The position numbers and the translations under genes are program-made. From contig NZ_PQWO01000002.1 in NCBI RefSeq assembly GCF_003231495.1, forward strand, positions 450,001 to 482,000: a DNA stretch of 32,000 nucleotides, given 5' to 3'. The notes beneath the pieces are model-generated. The model ran no database searches and had not been told where the DNA came from. It saw nothing but the letters and a program-made list of their open reading frames with translations. Below, piece after piece: positions 1-9,525 of the stretch. Position 1 is the stretch's first letter. Each line of letters begins with the position of its first letter. The stretch comes from Acaryochloris thomasi RCC1774 (GTDB lineage Bacteria; Cyanobacteriota; Cyanobacteriia; Thermosynechococcales; Thermosynechococcaceae).

Positions 1-1
1 T

Positions 2-610
2 CAGAAAGAAATTGAGCAGCGCAAGCAAACGGAGGTTCAACTAGCGCAAGCGAATGACAGGTTGCGACGGCTGGCTAATCTTGATGCTCTGACGCAGGTT
101 GCTAACCGCTACCGTTTTGATGACTATCTCAATCAAACCTGGAAGCGACTACAGCGTGAACAGCTCTGTCTCTCTTTGGTCCTATGTGATGTGGACTATT
201 TCAAGAATTTCAATGATCGCTATGGGCATCAGGTTGGAGATGATTGCCTGCGTCAGGTGGCTCAGGCGATTGAGCAGGGAACGAGACGTCCTGCGGACCT
301 TGTGGCGCGTTACGGAGGCGAAGAGTTTGCGGTTATTTTACCGACGACAACGTTGGAGGGAGCGCTGCAGCTTTGCGATAATATGCGTGCTAACATCCAG
401 CGGTTGCAGATTCCCCACGCAACGTCGCAGGTCAGTCCTGTTGTGACCGTGAGTTTTGGGCTGGTCAGTGCGGTTCCCACATCTAATATTACGCCTGAGC
501 TATTAATCCAGGCTGCTGACAAAGCGCTCTATCGAGCAAAGTCTGAGGGGCGAGATACGTCTGTCTCTTGGCGCTTGGCTGATTATATAGCGTGGCAGCA
601 AGAGCCGTGA
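2..610 (+). CDS. Diguanylate cyclase (GGDEF domain), C-terminal part; 5' end lies outside the window
   Basis: The frame is open from base 2 (QKEIEQRKQTEVQLAQANDRLRRLANLDALT...), so the listed TTG at 62 is not the real start. It has a coiled-coil linker followed by GGDEF-domain hallmarks: DxDxFKxxND, RYGGEEF, and an RxxD I-site (RPAD) five residues upstream. Confidence 0.85.
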   Translation, partial: QKEIEQRKQTEVQLAQANDRLRRLANLDALTQVANRYRFDDYLNQTWKRLQREQLCLSLVLCDVDYFKNFNDRYGHQVGDDCLRQVAQAIEQGTRRPADLVARYGGEEFAVILPTTTLEGALQLCDNMRANIQRLQIPHATSQVSPVVTVSFGLVSAVPTSNITPELLIQAADKALYRAKSEGRDTSVSWRLADYIAWQQEP

Positions 611-696
611 TGGCTCATTCCTGGTGACGGCAGTTCTCTAAAGCGTTGCCAGAGCCCTGCTGCATGATACTTTGAAAACTTGGCGTTGATCTCTCT

Positions 697-1650
697 ATGA
701 TGGAGCACCAAAAGATTCAGCCACGTCAGGGGACGACTTTTGTTGCGATGCTTGAAGGTCAGCCTTTGGCTATCGCATCTCTCTTAACTGGCATTATGGC
801 CATTGCCTGTGCCGCTATTTTTATTAAGATCAGTACCACTGAGATTGGTCCGATTGCTACGATTAGCCATCGCTTCTGGATTGCGATTGTCCCACTGAGT
901 CTATGGGCTGGAGTGGAGCGGCTGTTGCGGCCGTCGGAAACGTCGTCAAACCCCCTCGCAGTCGATGAATGGGCCTTATTATTGCTGGCGGGCGTTATTG
1001 CGGCCGTCGATTTACCCCTCTGGGCGTTCTCGCTGACGCGTACCAGCGTGGCGAACGCAATGGTGCTCAGCGATCTAGCTCCACTGTTTACAACGCTGGG
1101 CGCTTGGCTGCTGTGGCGTCAACGGTTTGACACTCGTTTTTTAGTAGGGTTAGCTATCAGTCTCGGGGGGGCAGTTGCCATTGGCTTTGGAGACGTTCAG
1201 TTAGACGCCCAACAAGCTTGGGGAGATGGAGCCGCGCTGCTGTCGGCCCTGTTTTTAAGTGTCTATTTACTGACGCTAGAACGATTGCGAACGCGGCTGT
1301 CGGCCCCTGTCATTCTTTTGAGTACTTCGACGATTGGCGCTTTGATTACGGGTGTGATTGCCCTTGTCGTGGAGCATCAATTTTTCCCGATTTCAAGTCA
1401 GGGGTGGGCTGCTGTAATTGGCTTGGCCCTGGTCAGTCAGGTTCTAGGACAAGGGTTGATTACCTATAGCCTGAGTCGATTATCGTCAGGGGTGGTGGCG
1501 CTCTCCTATCTGCTGGAGCCAGTGCTGTCGGCATTGGGGGCTTGGATTCTATTCTCAGAGACGTTGAGCTTATTCAACGAGGTCGCTTTTGCTCTCGTTA
1601 TTTTGGGTGTCTATATTGCCATTTCTAGTCAGTCTGCGGTGAAAGACTAA
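697..1650 (+). CDS. EamA/DMT-family permease
   Basis: 317 aa and almost entirely hydrophobic, with about ten helix-length segments in two similar halves, as is typical of drug/metabolite transporter (EamA) proteins. It begins with a tandem ATGATG start. Confidence 0.7.
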   Translation: MMEHQKIQPRQGTTFVAMLEGQPLAIASLLTGIMAIACAAIFIKISTTEIGPIATISHRFWIAIVPLSLWAGVERLLRPSETSSNPLAVDEWALLLLAGVIAAVDLPLWAFSLTRTSVANAMVLSDLAPLFTTLGAWLLWRQRFDTRFLVGLAISLGGAVAIGFGDVQLDAQQAWGDGAALLSALFLSVYLLTLERLRTRLSAPVILLSTSTIGALITGVIALVVEHQFFPISSQGWAAVIGLALVSQVLGQGLITYSLSRLSSGVVALSYLLEPVLSALGAWILFSETLSLFNEVAFALVILGVYIAISSQSAVKD

Positions 1651-1690
1651 AGGACACTGCAATCTCTGATCTATTTTTGGGCGCGGGCTG

Positions 1691-2116
1691 CTAACGATCG
1701 AGTCCCTGTTTCACCCAGTGGATGCAGTCCTGCTCGCTGGCAAAGATTTTGGGGGCTGCAATATTGTTGAGATGGCTAGGGGGATAGTGATCGTAAAAGA
1801 TTTTGCCACCGATCGCTGAAATGATGATCAGGTTATGGCGATAGACGTAATGCTGTTGATAATAGCCGAGGGGCTGTTCTTCTTGAAGTTCTCTATCTAA
1901 ATGGTCTTTGGCAATTTCAATGATGCTTTCCAGCCTCTCTGTATATCGATCTGCTGGATTTTCTATCTTATGTAATGGTGCTTGATTTGTAACTAACGAC
2001 AGTAAACAGTAGGAGTAAACAACCACGCCTGCTACAGTTCCGTAAGCAAATGGAACAATTAGATAGCTTTGGTGGATAACCGAGCGCTCGTAAAGAAATT
2101 GAATAGTGCTAGGCAT
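1691..2116 (-). CDS. Hypothetical protein (141 aa), last gene of the signalling operon
   Basis: The ATG lies 3 nt after the stop of the upstream REC-PAS-GGDEF-EAL gene on the same strand. I recognise no family motif. Residues about 18-42 form one hydrophobic stretch (LIVPFAYGTVAGVVVYSYCLLSLV). Confidence 0.55.
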   Translation of the reverse strand: MPSTIQFLYERSVIHQSYLIVPFAYGTVAGVVVYSYCLLSLVTNQAPLHKIENPADRYTERLESIIEIAKDHLDRELQEEQPLGYYQQHYVYRHNLIIISAIGGKIFYDHYPPSHLNNIAAPKIFASEQDCIHWVKQGLDR

Positions 2117-2119
2117 TGA

Positions 2120-4189
2120 TCATCGAGACAGAAAATTTGTCTCAATATCGGCAGGTGAGAGGGGTTTTGAAAATAAATAGCCTTGACCGAATCGACATCC
2201 AAGCTGCTTCAATTTCTGCAGCTGTTGTGGCCTCTCAATTCCTTCAGCTACAGAGGTTAACTCTAGCTGACTGCTGAGTGCAATAATCGTATTGACAACT
2301 TGGCAGTTGCGGTTTTCTTCTTGTATCTGGGTCACAAAAGAGCGATCGATTTTGAGATTGTTAACGGGCAGGCGATGTAGATAGTTGAGAGAGGAATAGC
2401 CTGTGCCAAAATCATCAATACTGATCTGGATATTTCTAGATTCTATTTGAGCTAAGATGTCGACCGTTTTTTCAATGTCTTCAATGAGCATGCTCTCAGT
2501 AATTTCTATGATGATCGAGCGTCCTTCTAAGCCTGTTTGAGTAAGGATGGTATCAATATTGTCAATCAGGTCATAGGTTTGTAGATCTTGGGCAGAAAGA
2601 TTAATACTAATTTTTAGGTCAGAGCAGTTTGGAAAATTCTGTTGCCAATGTGCCATCTGTTGACAGGCTTGTCTAAAGACCCAATTGTCGAGACGTGTGA
2701 TTAATCGCGTGTCTTCTGCGATCGGAATAAATGTGTCTGGGAAGACAAGACCATGGGTTGGGTGCTGCCAACGGACTAAAGCTTCGAATCCAACCAATGC
2801 ATCATCAATTAAATCGAAAACAGGTTGATAATGAATAATAAATTCTTCTTGCTCAAGGGCTTTATAGAGATCTGTCTCTAACGTGAGGCGATTAAGCATT
2901 TGGGTATGCATCATCGCATTGAAAAATTTATATGAGTTATGCTCTTTCTCTTTAGCGCGATACATGGCAATGTCAGCGTCGCGGAGTAGATCTGAGGCAT
3001 GGTGGTAGTCTCGATTTCCGATCACGATTCCAATGCTGATGCTGGTAAAAATTCTGTGGCCTTCAATGGTGAGAGGTGTTTTGCAGCCCTCTAGAATTCG
3101 TTCGGTAATTTGAGTAACGGTTTCCACTCCGTCGATTTTTTCGAGCAAAATGACAAATTCATCACCGCCGAGACGGGAGACGAGATCAATTTTGCGGACA
3201 TGCGTTTGCAACCGCTCGGCAATTTCTAGCAGTAGCTGATCTCCTATCCCATGCCCCAAGCTATCGTTGATCACTTTGAAACGATCTAAATCTAGGAACA
3301 AGACGGCATAATGGTAGTCCTCATCCCGGAGGGCTTGGTTGATGGCTAGCTCTAGCCGTTCTAAAAATAGAATGCGATTGGGTAACCCTGTGAGGGCATC
3401 GTGTAGGGCGTTGTGGATAATCTGTTCTTGGGCTTGCTTGAGGTCGCTAATGTCACGGCTGACAGAAATCAGCAGTCCGTCTTCTGCGAGCGTGAGCGAA
3501 AGACCCTGGATAAAGGTTGACCCGTCCTTGCGGGTTGCGATCGCATCTCCCTGCCAAGCTCCATTCCGCTTTAATGCGGGGCAAATTTCGTTTTCAACGC
3601 GCTCCATCTCTGTTGACGGGTAGAGAATTTTCCAATTCTGTCCCGTCAGTTCTTGCGCGCAATCGTAACCGAACAATCTTAGATGGGCCTGGTTGACATA
3701 GAGGTAAACGCCATCCTGAACAATGGCAATGCCGTCGATAGCCGCCTCCATTGCGGCAAGCTGCTGCTTCAAGAGAACCTCGGCCCGCTGTCGTTCTGCC
3801 CGAATGTGAGCATCCCGTCTTTCGCGTCGCACTGCCTCTGGCAAACGGATCAGACTACTCTTCATCAAATAATCATGGGCGCCAGCCTTCATCATTTCCA
3901 CCGCCAAATGCTCTCCGACAGTGCCCGAAATGACAATAAACGGAATATCGAGGCCGCTTTGTTGAACAATCTTGAGCGCTGCAGGGGCGTCAAAACCAGG
4001 CATGCGGTAGTCTGAAATGATTATGTCCCAATTTTTGTGGGTGAGCTGTTCTTGCAGCGTTGTAGCCGTTTGTACGCGTTCCCAACTGGGAGTGAAGTTA
4101 CCCTGGCGTAGTTCTCGCAGCAGCAGTAGTGCATCATCTTCAGAATCTTCAACTAGTAATATCTTGAGCGGTTCCCCCATTGTTGCCAT
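2120..4189 (-). CDS. Response regulator with REC-PAS-GGDEF-EAL architecture (c-di-GMP turnover)
   Basis: N-terminal receiver (ILLVEDSEDD...SDYRMPG). One PAS domain follows. The GGDEF domain has RLGGDEF and an RKID I-site. The EAL domain has FEALVRW, DDFGTGYSS and QGYLFSKP. Its ATG overlaps the upstream stop (TAATG). Confidence 0.9.
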   Translation of the reverse strand: MATMGEPLKILLVEDSEDDALLLLRELRQGNFTPSWERVQTATTLQEQLTHKNWDIIISDYRMPGFDAPAALKIVQQSGLDIPFIVISGTVGEHLAVEMMKAGAHDYLMKSSLIRLPEAVRRERRDAHIRAERQRAEVLLKQQLAAMEAAIDGIAIVQDGVYLYVNQAHLRLFGYDCAQELTGQNWKILYPSTEMERVENEICPALKRNGAWQGDAIATRKDGSTFIQGLSLTLAEDGLLISVSRDISDLKQAQEQIIHNALHDALTGLPNRILFLERLELAINQALRDEDYHYAVLFLDLDRFKVINDSLGHGIGDQLLLEIAERLQTHVRKIDLVSRLGGDEFVILLEKIDGVETVTQITERILEGCKTPLTIEGHRIFTSISIGIVIGNRDYHHASDLLRDADIAMYRAKEKEHNSYKFFNAMMHTQMLNRLTLETDLYKALEQEEFIIHYQPVFDLIDDALVGFEALVRWQHPTHGLVFPDTFIPIAEDTRLITRLDNWVFRQACQQMAHWQQNFPNCSDLKISINLSAQDLQTYDLIDNIDTILTQTGLEGRSIIIEITESMLIEDIEKTVDILAQIESRNIQISIDDFGTGYSSLNYLHRLPVNNLKIDRSFVTQIQEENRNCQVVNTIIALSSQLELTSVAEGIERPQQLQKLKQLGCRFGQGYLFSKPLSPADIETNFLSR

Positions 4190-4608
4190 TAATCCTCATG
4201 CAAGGCTTCGTTAATTAAGACCCAGTACAGCCCGAGCTGAGCGACTGCGTCAATAAATTGCTCAAAATTGACTGGTTTGCGCACATAGCTGTTCGCACCC
4301 AAGCTATAGCTTTCGACAATGTCTCGCTCTTCGCTAGATGACGTAAAAACAACCACGGGCAGCAGACGAGTCTGTTCGTGCGCTCGAATACGCTGTAAAA
4401 CTTCTAGACCTTCGATTTTAGGAAGCTTTAAATCTAGCAAAACCACGCTAGGCAAGGGATCTGCGGCGAATATGGCCTCTAAAGCTTCTTCTCCATCTCG
4501 AGCAACCTGAATCGGATTTGTAATCTTACCTTTTCGCAGGGCTCGAATCGTTAGTTTTTCATCATCGGGATTATCTTCAACCAGCAGGATTGGACGGGGG
4601 GACGCCAT
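4189..4608 (-). CDS. Single-domain response regulator (CheY/Rcp1-like receiver)
   Basis: 139 aa with [18 protein letters not shown] (phospho-acceptor Asp context) and a conserved YVRKP. It starts 8 nt after the kinase stop. Confidence 0.9.
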   Translation of the reverse strand: MASPRPILLVEDNPDDEKLTIRALRKGKITNPIQVARDGEEALEAIFAADPLPSVVLLDLKLPKIEGLEVLQRIRAHEQTRLLPVVVFTSSSEERDIVESYSLGANSYVRKPVNFEQFIDAVAQLGLYWVLINEALHED

Positions 4609-4616
4609 TATTGACT

Positions 4617-7361
4617 TTATGCTCCTAGAACAAGAGAAGGGTTGGGAACGGTGAAAGAGATAGTTGCGCCCTTATTAACGGCTCCTTCTGCCCATACGGT
4701 GCCGCCGTGGCGATGAATAGTACGCTGCACCGTGGCTAAGCCAATTCCCGTACCTGGAAATTCGTGGGCGCTGTGTAAGCGCTGAAAAACACCAAAGAGC
4801 ATCTTAGCGTAGGCCATGTCAAAGCCTGCTCCATTATCTCTGATAAAGTAAACCGTCTTGTCCTTGAAGCGATTGAAACCAAATTCGATCTGGGCTACGG
4901 ATCTATGGCTCGTAAATTTCCAGGCATTCTGAAGCAGATTGGTCAGTACGATCCGCATGAGTGTGGCGTCGGCAGAGACTTGGGCATTGGGAGCAATCAC
5001 GACATTAACCCGCCTCTCTGGTTCTAAGGTGTGCAGCTCATGCACGATTTCCTGTGCCAAGTGGCTGAGGTTGACGGTTGCATAGCGGATCTCAGAGCGA
5101 GAGACGCGTGATAGTCGCAGTAAGTCATCAATGAGCGTTCCCATCCTATCGATGTTTTTGCGGATTCGACCGAGGTAGTCTTGGCCGTCTTGATCAAGTT
5201 GATCCCCACAATCTTCGAGGAGGGCTTGGCTGAAGCCATCAATCGCTCGCAGTGGACCCCGCAGATCATGGGACACCGAATAGGAAAAAGACTCTAATTC
5301 TCGATTGGAGGCTTCGAGCTGAGTGGTGTACCGTCGGATTTGTTCTTCGGCACGTTGGCGATCGGTAATGTCGTAGTTAATGCCGATCATGCGTTGGGCT
5401 TCACCCTGGCTGTTGTGTTGTACAAGGGCATTGGCTTTGATGCAGCGGACCGCACCATCGGTATGAACCACTCGAAATTCTGTATCGTATTCTTTTTCGC
5501 CTTGCAGTGCCTGCTGGGAGACGGTCTCTGCGAGCGCGAGATCGTCGGGGTGTAGCCGGTTGACCCATGCGTCGTAGACGTTACTAAAAGCGTCTAAAGG
5601 AGTGTCGTATAGTTCATGCATCCGCGCATCCCAGATGAGGTGGTTGTGGGTGATATCCCATTCCCAGATGCCGATATTGGCAGATTCTACGGCCAGATTG
5701 AGACGGGTCGAGAGCTGCCGCAGATGATCCTCTGCCTGTTTGCGATCGCTAATATCAACGCAGGAGCCGATGTAGCCCAAAAACTCTCCAGCAACGTCAA
5801 AACGCGGAACACCTGCATTCAGTAGCCATCGATATTCACCATCAAATCGTTGCAGGCGATGCTCAATTTCAAAACCTTGGCGGGCTTCGAAGGCGCTTAG
5901 ATAGGTCTCTAGGCAAAGCGGCTTTTCGTCAGGGTGTACCCTCTGTAACCAACAGACGCCGATCTGTTCCTCCATTAGCTGTCCGGTAAAGTCTAGCCAC
6001 CGTTGGTTAACGTGGGAGCACATCTTGTCGGGACCCGCCATCCAAATGAGGACGGGAGCATTGTCGGTTAAATAGCGAAACCTGGCTTCACTCTCCTGTA
6101 GGGCTGCTTCAGCACGCTTGCGATCGCTGATATCTCGACAGACGCAAATTAGCAGCCCGTCATCGGTGAGCGTTAAGGACAGTCCTTCGGCAAAGGTTAA
6201 ACCATTTTTACGAAGCGCCGTTACCTCGCCCTGCCAAGCACGGTCTCGCTCCAAAATCGGAAAGACCTTCTGCTCAAATCGTGCCAGTTCTTCTGGAGGG
6301 TATAAGCTTTTCCAGGTTTGGCCTAGTAAGTCTTCTAGGCGTTCATAGCCGAACAGTTCTAAATGGGCTCGATTGGCATAGAGATAGTTGTCGCTCTCTA
6401 AAATTGCAATGCCGTCAACTGCTGCTTCGATGGCGGCTAGCTGCTGCTTCATGGCCTGTTCGGCCTGCTTACGAGGCGTAATATCTTGGTAGGTACCCAA
6501 AACGCCTACCACTCCTCCTCTAAGATTATGGAGCGGTATCTTATTAACTTCTAGCCAGCGTTGGCGACCATCGGCCTGAATTTGGGTTTCGACGATTCCC
6601 AGTTTTGGGGTGTCAGAATCCATAACCTCCTGATCAGCGACCCGATAGGCGCTTGCTTCAGCGCGGCTCCAGGGCATGTCGTAGTCTGTCTTGCCCAGAA
6701 TGTCGGTCATTGATGACAGTCCTGCATCGCTGAGGAAATTGTGGTTGCAGCCCACAAAAACTGAGTTTCGATCCTTCCAGAAAACAGAGAGTGGGAAGGT
6801 ATCTAGGACCGTTTGTAAAAACTTCTCGCGCACCTGTAGTTCGGCGGTGCGCTCTTCAATAATGTGCTCTTTCTCTGTCTGCAGGCGTGCCACCTCTTGC
6901 TCTAGACTCTCGACACGCTGGTGAAGCTTTGCCGCGTTCAGGATCTGCGACAGGCTAGCGTGGGTAACCAGGCCCACTAAGCCATGATGCTCGTTGAGAA
7001 TGGGAAGGTGGTGGATTTGATGCTGCTCAAGTAGACTGAGAATCGCTTGTAGATCGTGTCCGGCACGTTCCTGTAGGGTTACGAGCGGCTGTGTCATGAC
7101 TTCTTGCACCCTCTGCGTGAGCGGCTGTTGCTGAACGCTTAGGCGCACCACGTCCTGTTGTGTCAGGATGCCGACGACCTGCTCATTGTCTATAGCTAAG
7201 ACGCAGCTTGAGCGGGTTCTCTGATCGCAAGATTGTAGATTAGCTGCAGAGCGGGTACTGTGCATCAGAGTGATTGCGTCCAGCGTCGACGCTTGGGGCG
7301 AGACCACGAGGGGATCACGAATCATCGCTGATGCTAGGTCAAAGGGAACCTGAGGAAGCAT
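4617..7361 (-). CDS. Sensor histidine kinase with an N-terminal CBS pair, several PAS/PAC domains, HisKA and HATPase_c
   Basis: The N-terminus is CBS-like (two repeats ending in [17 protein letters not shown]). A coiled coil follows, then four or more PAS units. The kinase core shows an H-box ([11 protein letters not shown]), N-box (LLQNAWKF), G1 (DNGAGF) and G2 (GTGIGL). Confidence 0.9.
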   Translation of the reverse strand: MLPQVPFDLASAMIRDPLVVSPQASTLDAITLMHSTRSAANLQSCDQRTRSSCVLAIDNEQVVGILTQQDVVRLSVQQQPLTQRVQEVMTQPLVTLQERAGHDLQAILSLLEQHQIHHLPILNEHHGLVGLVTHASLSQILNAAKLHQRVESLEQEVARLQTEKEHIIEERTAELQVREKFLQTVLDTFPLSVFWKDRNSVFVGCNHNFLSDAGLSSMTDILGKTDYDMPWSRAEASAYRVADQEVMDSDTPKLGIVETQIQADGRQRWLEVNKIPLHNLRGGVVGVLGTYQDITPRKQAEQAMKQQLAAIEAAVDGIAILESDNYLYANRAHLELFGYERLEDLLGQTWKSLYPPEELARFEQKVFPILERDRAWQGEVTALRKNGLTFAEGLSLTLTDDGLLICVCRDISDRKRAEAALQESEARFRYLTDNAPVLIWMAGPDKMCSHVNQRWLDFTGQLMEEQIGVCWLQRVHPDEKPLCLETYLSAFEARQGFEIEHRLQRFDGEYRWLLNAGVPRFDVAGEFLGYIGSCVDISDRKQAEDHLRQLSTRLNLAVESANIGIWEWDITHNHLIWDARMHELYDTPLDAFSNVYDAWVNRLHPDDLALAETVSQQALQGEKEYDTEFRVVHTDGAVRCIKANALVQHNSQGEAQRMIGINYDITDRQRAEEQIRRYTTQLEASNRELESFSYSVSHDLRGPLRAIDGFSQALLEDCGDQLDQDGQDYLGRIRKNIDRMGTLIDDLLRLSRVSRSEIRYATVNLSHLAQEIVHELHTLEPERRVNVVIAPNAQVSADATLMRIVLTNLLQNAWKFTSHRSVAQIEFGFNRFKDKTVYFIRDNGAGFDMAYAKMLFGVFQRLHSAHEFPGTGIGLATVQRTIHRHGGTVWAEGAVNKGATISFTVPNPSLVLGA

Positions 7362-7498
7362 GGAAGGCCGGGAAACATGCTGATGAACAAAGGATAGTCC
7401 ACCTTAAACCCTAATACCTGGAAAAGGTTGATTATTTTATAGATTAACTAGACTTCTCCTGTGCTTCGTTTTGCTTTTGAGAGTCTTGTTCCTCTGAA

Positions 7499-8332
7499 TC
7501 ATTTCTCGATAGGAGCATTGGGTAGACGGCTCCATTCATTTCAGGAGCCGTCGTAGTTGCGCACATGAGGGTAGCCCAGCAAATATTTCAAGACAAACTA
7601 AGTACAGGCCGAACGTCCACCAATAGCACAGTAGGGAAATATCTCTTGGTTTGCTGCAATACCTCGACTTTCGTAGAGAGATCTCAACTCCTTTACTGAC
7701 TTGAAGGTCCCGTCTTCATTGAGGGTCGATGCATGCTCAAGATACACTGCACCGGAGATATGTCCAGCCTGTTCTTGTCTTTGCGGCGACCCCATAAGAA
7801 AGACTTCGCCTCGATATTCTTCTGGCGTTTGCACATCAAGTAGAGTCTGCTCGCTTTGCTCGATGGCTGCTTGAACTTCTGGATGTGTAACCCGTAGAGC
7901 GAAGTTAGGTGTTGGCTTAGGATATTTTGTCTCCGGAAAGTTCGATAGCTTTGCTGCTAGGGGGCGACCCTCTGCAACCCACTTTTGATAGCCACCGTTG
8001 AGAACAAGAACGTTCTGATGGCCCAGTGTTCTCAGCAGCCAGAAAATCCAGGCTCCGGTGCCGGGATAGCTGCCGTAAGCAATCACGATGGTGTCCTCAG
8101 TGATGCAAGAGCGCGAGAGCAGAGATGCGATTGCATTTGGCTCCAGATTCATCGATAAATCAGGCTGCAGCAGATCTGAAAAGATATTCCAGAATACTGC
8201 TCCTGGGATATGGCCGTTGGTATAGGGTTCCTGACTCATATCTACTTCCACTATCCGAATGGCCGGATCGTTGAGGTGGTCCGCTAGCCATTGCGTATCA
8301 ATGAGAGCTTCAGGATGTGCATAGTCAGACAT
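7499..8332 (-). pseudogene. Two-domain rhodanese (thiosulfate/3-mercaptopyruvate sulfurtransferase-like) interrupted by two in-frame stop codons
   Basis: ORF 7598..8332 ends right after the active-site loop YCAIGGRSA. The same frame continues as [41 protein letters not shown]. Both internal stops fall where rhodanese proteins carry conserved Trp (TWF and YDGSWxEW). Total length of 277 codons matches a normal two-domain sulfurtransferase. Confidence 0.75.
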
Positions 8333-8510
8333 AGTTTTTGCTTCTGTTTAGATGACTACCGCTAAGATTAGGAGAGGAAATCAACTGCGCCCAGTCCTCG
8401 ATCGGTTACTCTTTGGGGCTTTGATTATGGCGATCCAGTATTTGTTCACAGCTAAGTAGACAGGCTTAATTGACTTGAAGATTCCTGATTAAATTCAATA
8501 TCGTTGCATT

Positions 8511-8627
8511 GGCCCTCACCCCCCCCAGCCCCCCTCTCCCAATACTGGGCGAAGGGGGAGAAAGGCAGATAGCGAGGGGATCTTTCTCCCCTCTCCCAAT
8601 GTTGGGAGAGGGGCTGGGGGTGAGGGC
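8511..8627. repeat. MITE-like palindromic G/C-tract repeat, copy 1
   Basis: Terminal inverted repeats: GGCCCTCACCCCCCCCAGCCCCCCTCTCCCA ... TGGGAGAGGGGCTGGGGGTGAGGGCC. Each arm has a nested hairpin (CTCTCCCAATGTTGGGAGAG). It shares the core CTCTCCCAATACTGGGCGA with the copy at 18963..19066. Confidence 0.7.
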
Positions 8628-8792
8628 CATGTAGAGCATTTGCTAATATCTGATCTTTAACTTGATTCTGCCTCGCCACTTATTAGTGCAGCGCCGAGTG
8701 AAGGGGAGTTGCGATCGCATGTCATCCCAAAATGCGGTGAGCATTTCGCTACTCAACGGCAGGGATTATTTTTCTTCGATCGGCTCCCTCTA

Positions 8793-9332
8793 ATGGACCG
8801 CAAGTTTCAATCACTAAAACAGGCTTTTTCAATTGAGCACAATCCAGTCGTACGGTATTTGGTGGAGCGCCATGCCCCAGTCCATGAAGGGCTGGTGACG
8901 TCACCTAAAGTTTGGCAGGTGATTTGTCCGCGCCCCGATCATTGGCACGTGATGGCGGGGCCGGTTGTGAATCAAGGGCAGTTAGTAGGGGCAATTGGGT
9001 TTACCCGTGAGCGAACGAGGCCGAGCTTCGACGATCAAGACTTAGCTGACTTAAGTGCAATTTGTCTGCACCTATCGGCTTGGGTGGCCACTGTGAGACC
9101 ACAGCGTCAGGCTGTCGCTCAACAACGATTAACGCCCCGTGAATTAGAAATTGCAGAATTAGTGGCTACCGGACGGACCAATGCAGCAATTGGTCGTGAA
9201 CTTTGGATTACTGAGAATTCGGTAAAGCAAGCTCTCAAGCGTATGTTTCGGAAGCTTCAGGTTACTTCTCGAGCAGAGTTGGTAACCCAACTGTATGTAT
9301 CCAAAAACGACATCTCAGGTCTGACTACTTGA
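8793..9332 (+). CDS. LuxR/GerE-family transcriptional regulator with a GAF-like N-terminal domain
   Basis: C-terminal HTH: LTPRELEIAELVATGRTNAAIGRELWITENSVKQALKRMFRKLQV. I prefer the ATG at 8793 (MDRKFQ...). The listed ORF begins at a TTG at 8709 and adds 28 residues with no recognisable content. Confidence 0.8.
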   Translation: MDRKFQSLKQAFSIEHNPVVRYLVERHAPVHEGLVTSPKVWQVICPRPDHWHVMAGPVVNQGQLVGAIGFTRERTRPSFDDQDLADLSAICLHLSAWVATVRPQRQAVAQQRLTPRELEIAELVATGRTNAAIGRELWITENSVKQALKRMFRKLQVTSRAELVTQLYVSKNDISGLTT

Positions 9333-9525
9333 GCTTTTCCCTGCTGATAACGCCGAGTAAGACTGAGGATGTGGACGCGGTCTAATATCTAATGCTCATC
9401 AGCGACGGTGGGCCCATAATCGTCTGACAAGCTGGCAATTGACTCTATACCTGGAGTCAGGAGTGGGAAACTGCTAACTGACGGGCTTCTCTTCAGGAGT
9501 CTAGGATAGAACTGGAAAAACAAGT

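Noticed and set aside
7524-7551. A perfect 9-bp hairpin (GACGGCTCC-N10-GGAGCCGTC on the minus strand) with the in-frame TGA of the rhodanese gene in its loop. Possible SECIS or recoding signal?
   Set aside because: The TGA aligns with a conserved Trp (YDGS-W-xEW), not a Cys/Sec position. The other interruption is a TAG. The TGA lies inside the loop rather than upstream of the stem, as a bacterial SECIS would require. Simple nonsense mutation is the more economical reading.
8452-8679. A 75-aa minus-strand ORF (and the analogous 62-aa ORF at 18957..19145).
   Set aside because: Both lie entirely within or around the palindromic G/C-tract repeat elements. The peptides are low-complexity (PLSQHWERGERS, GGGEG) and read similarly on either strand.
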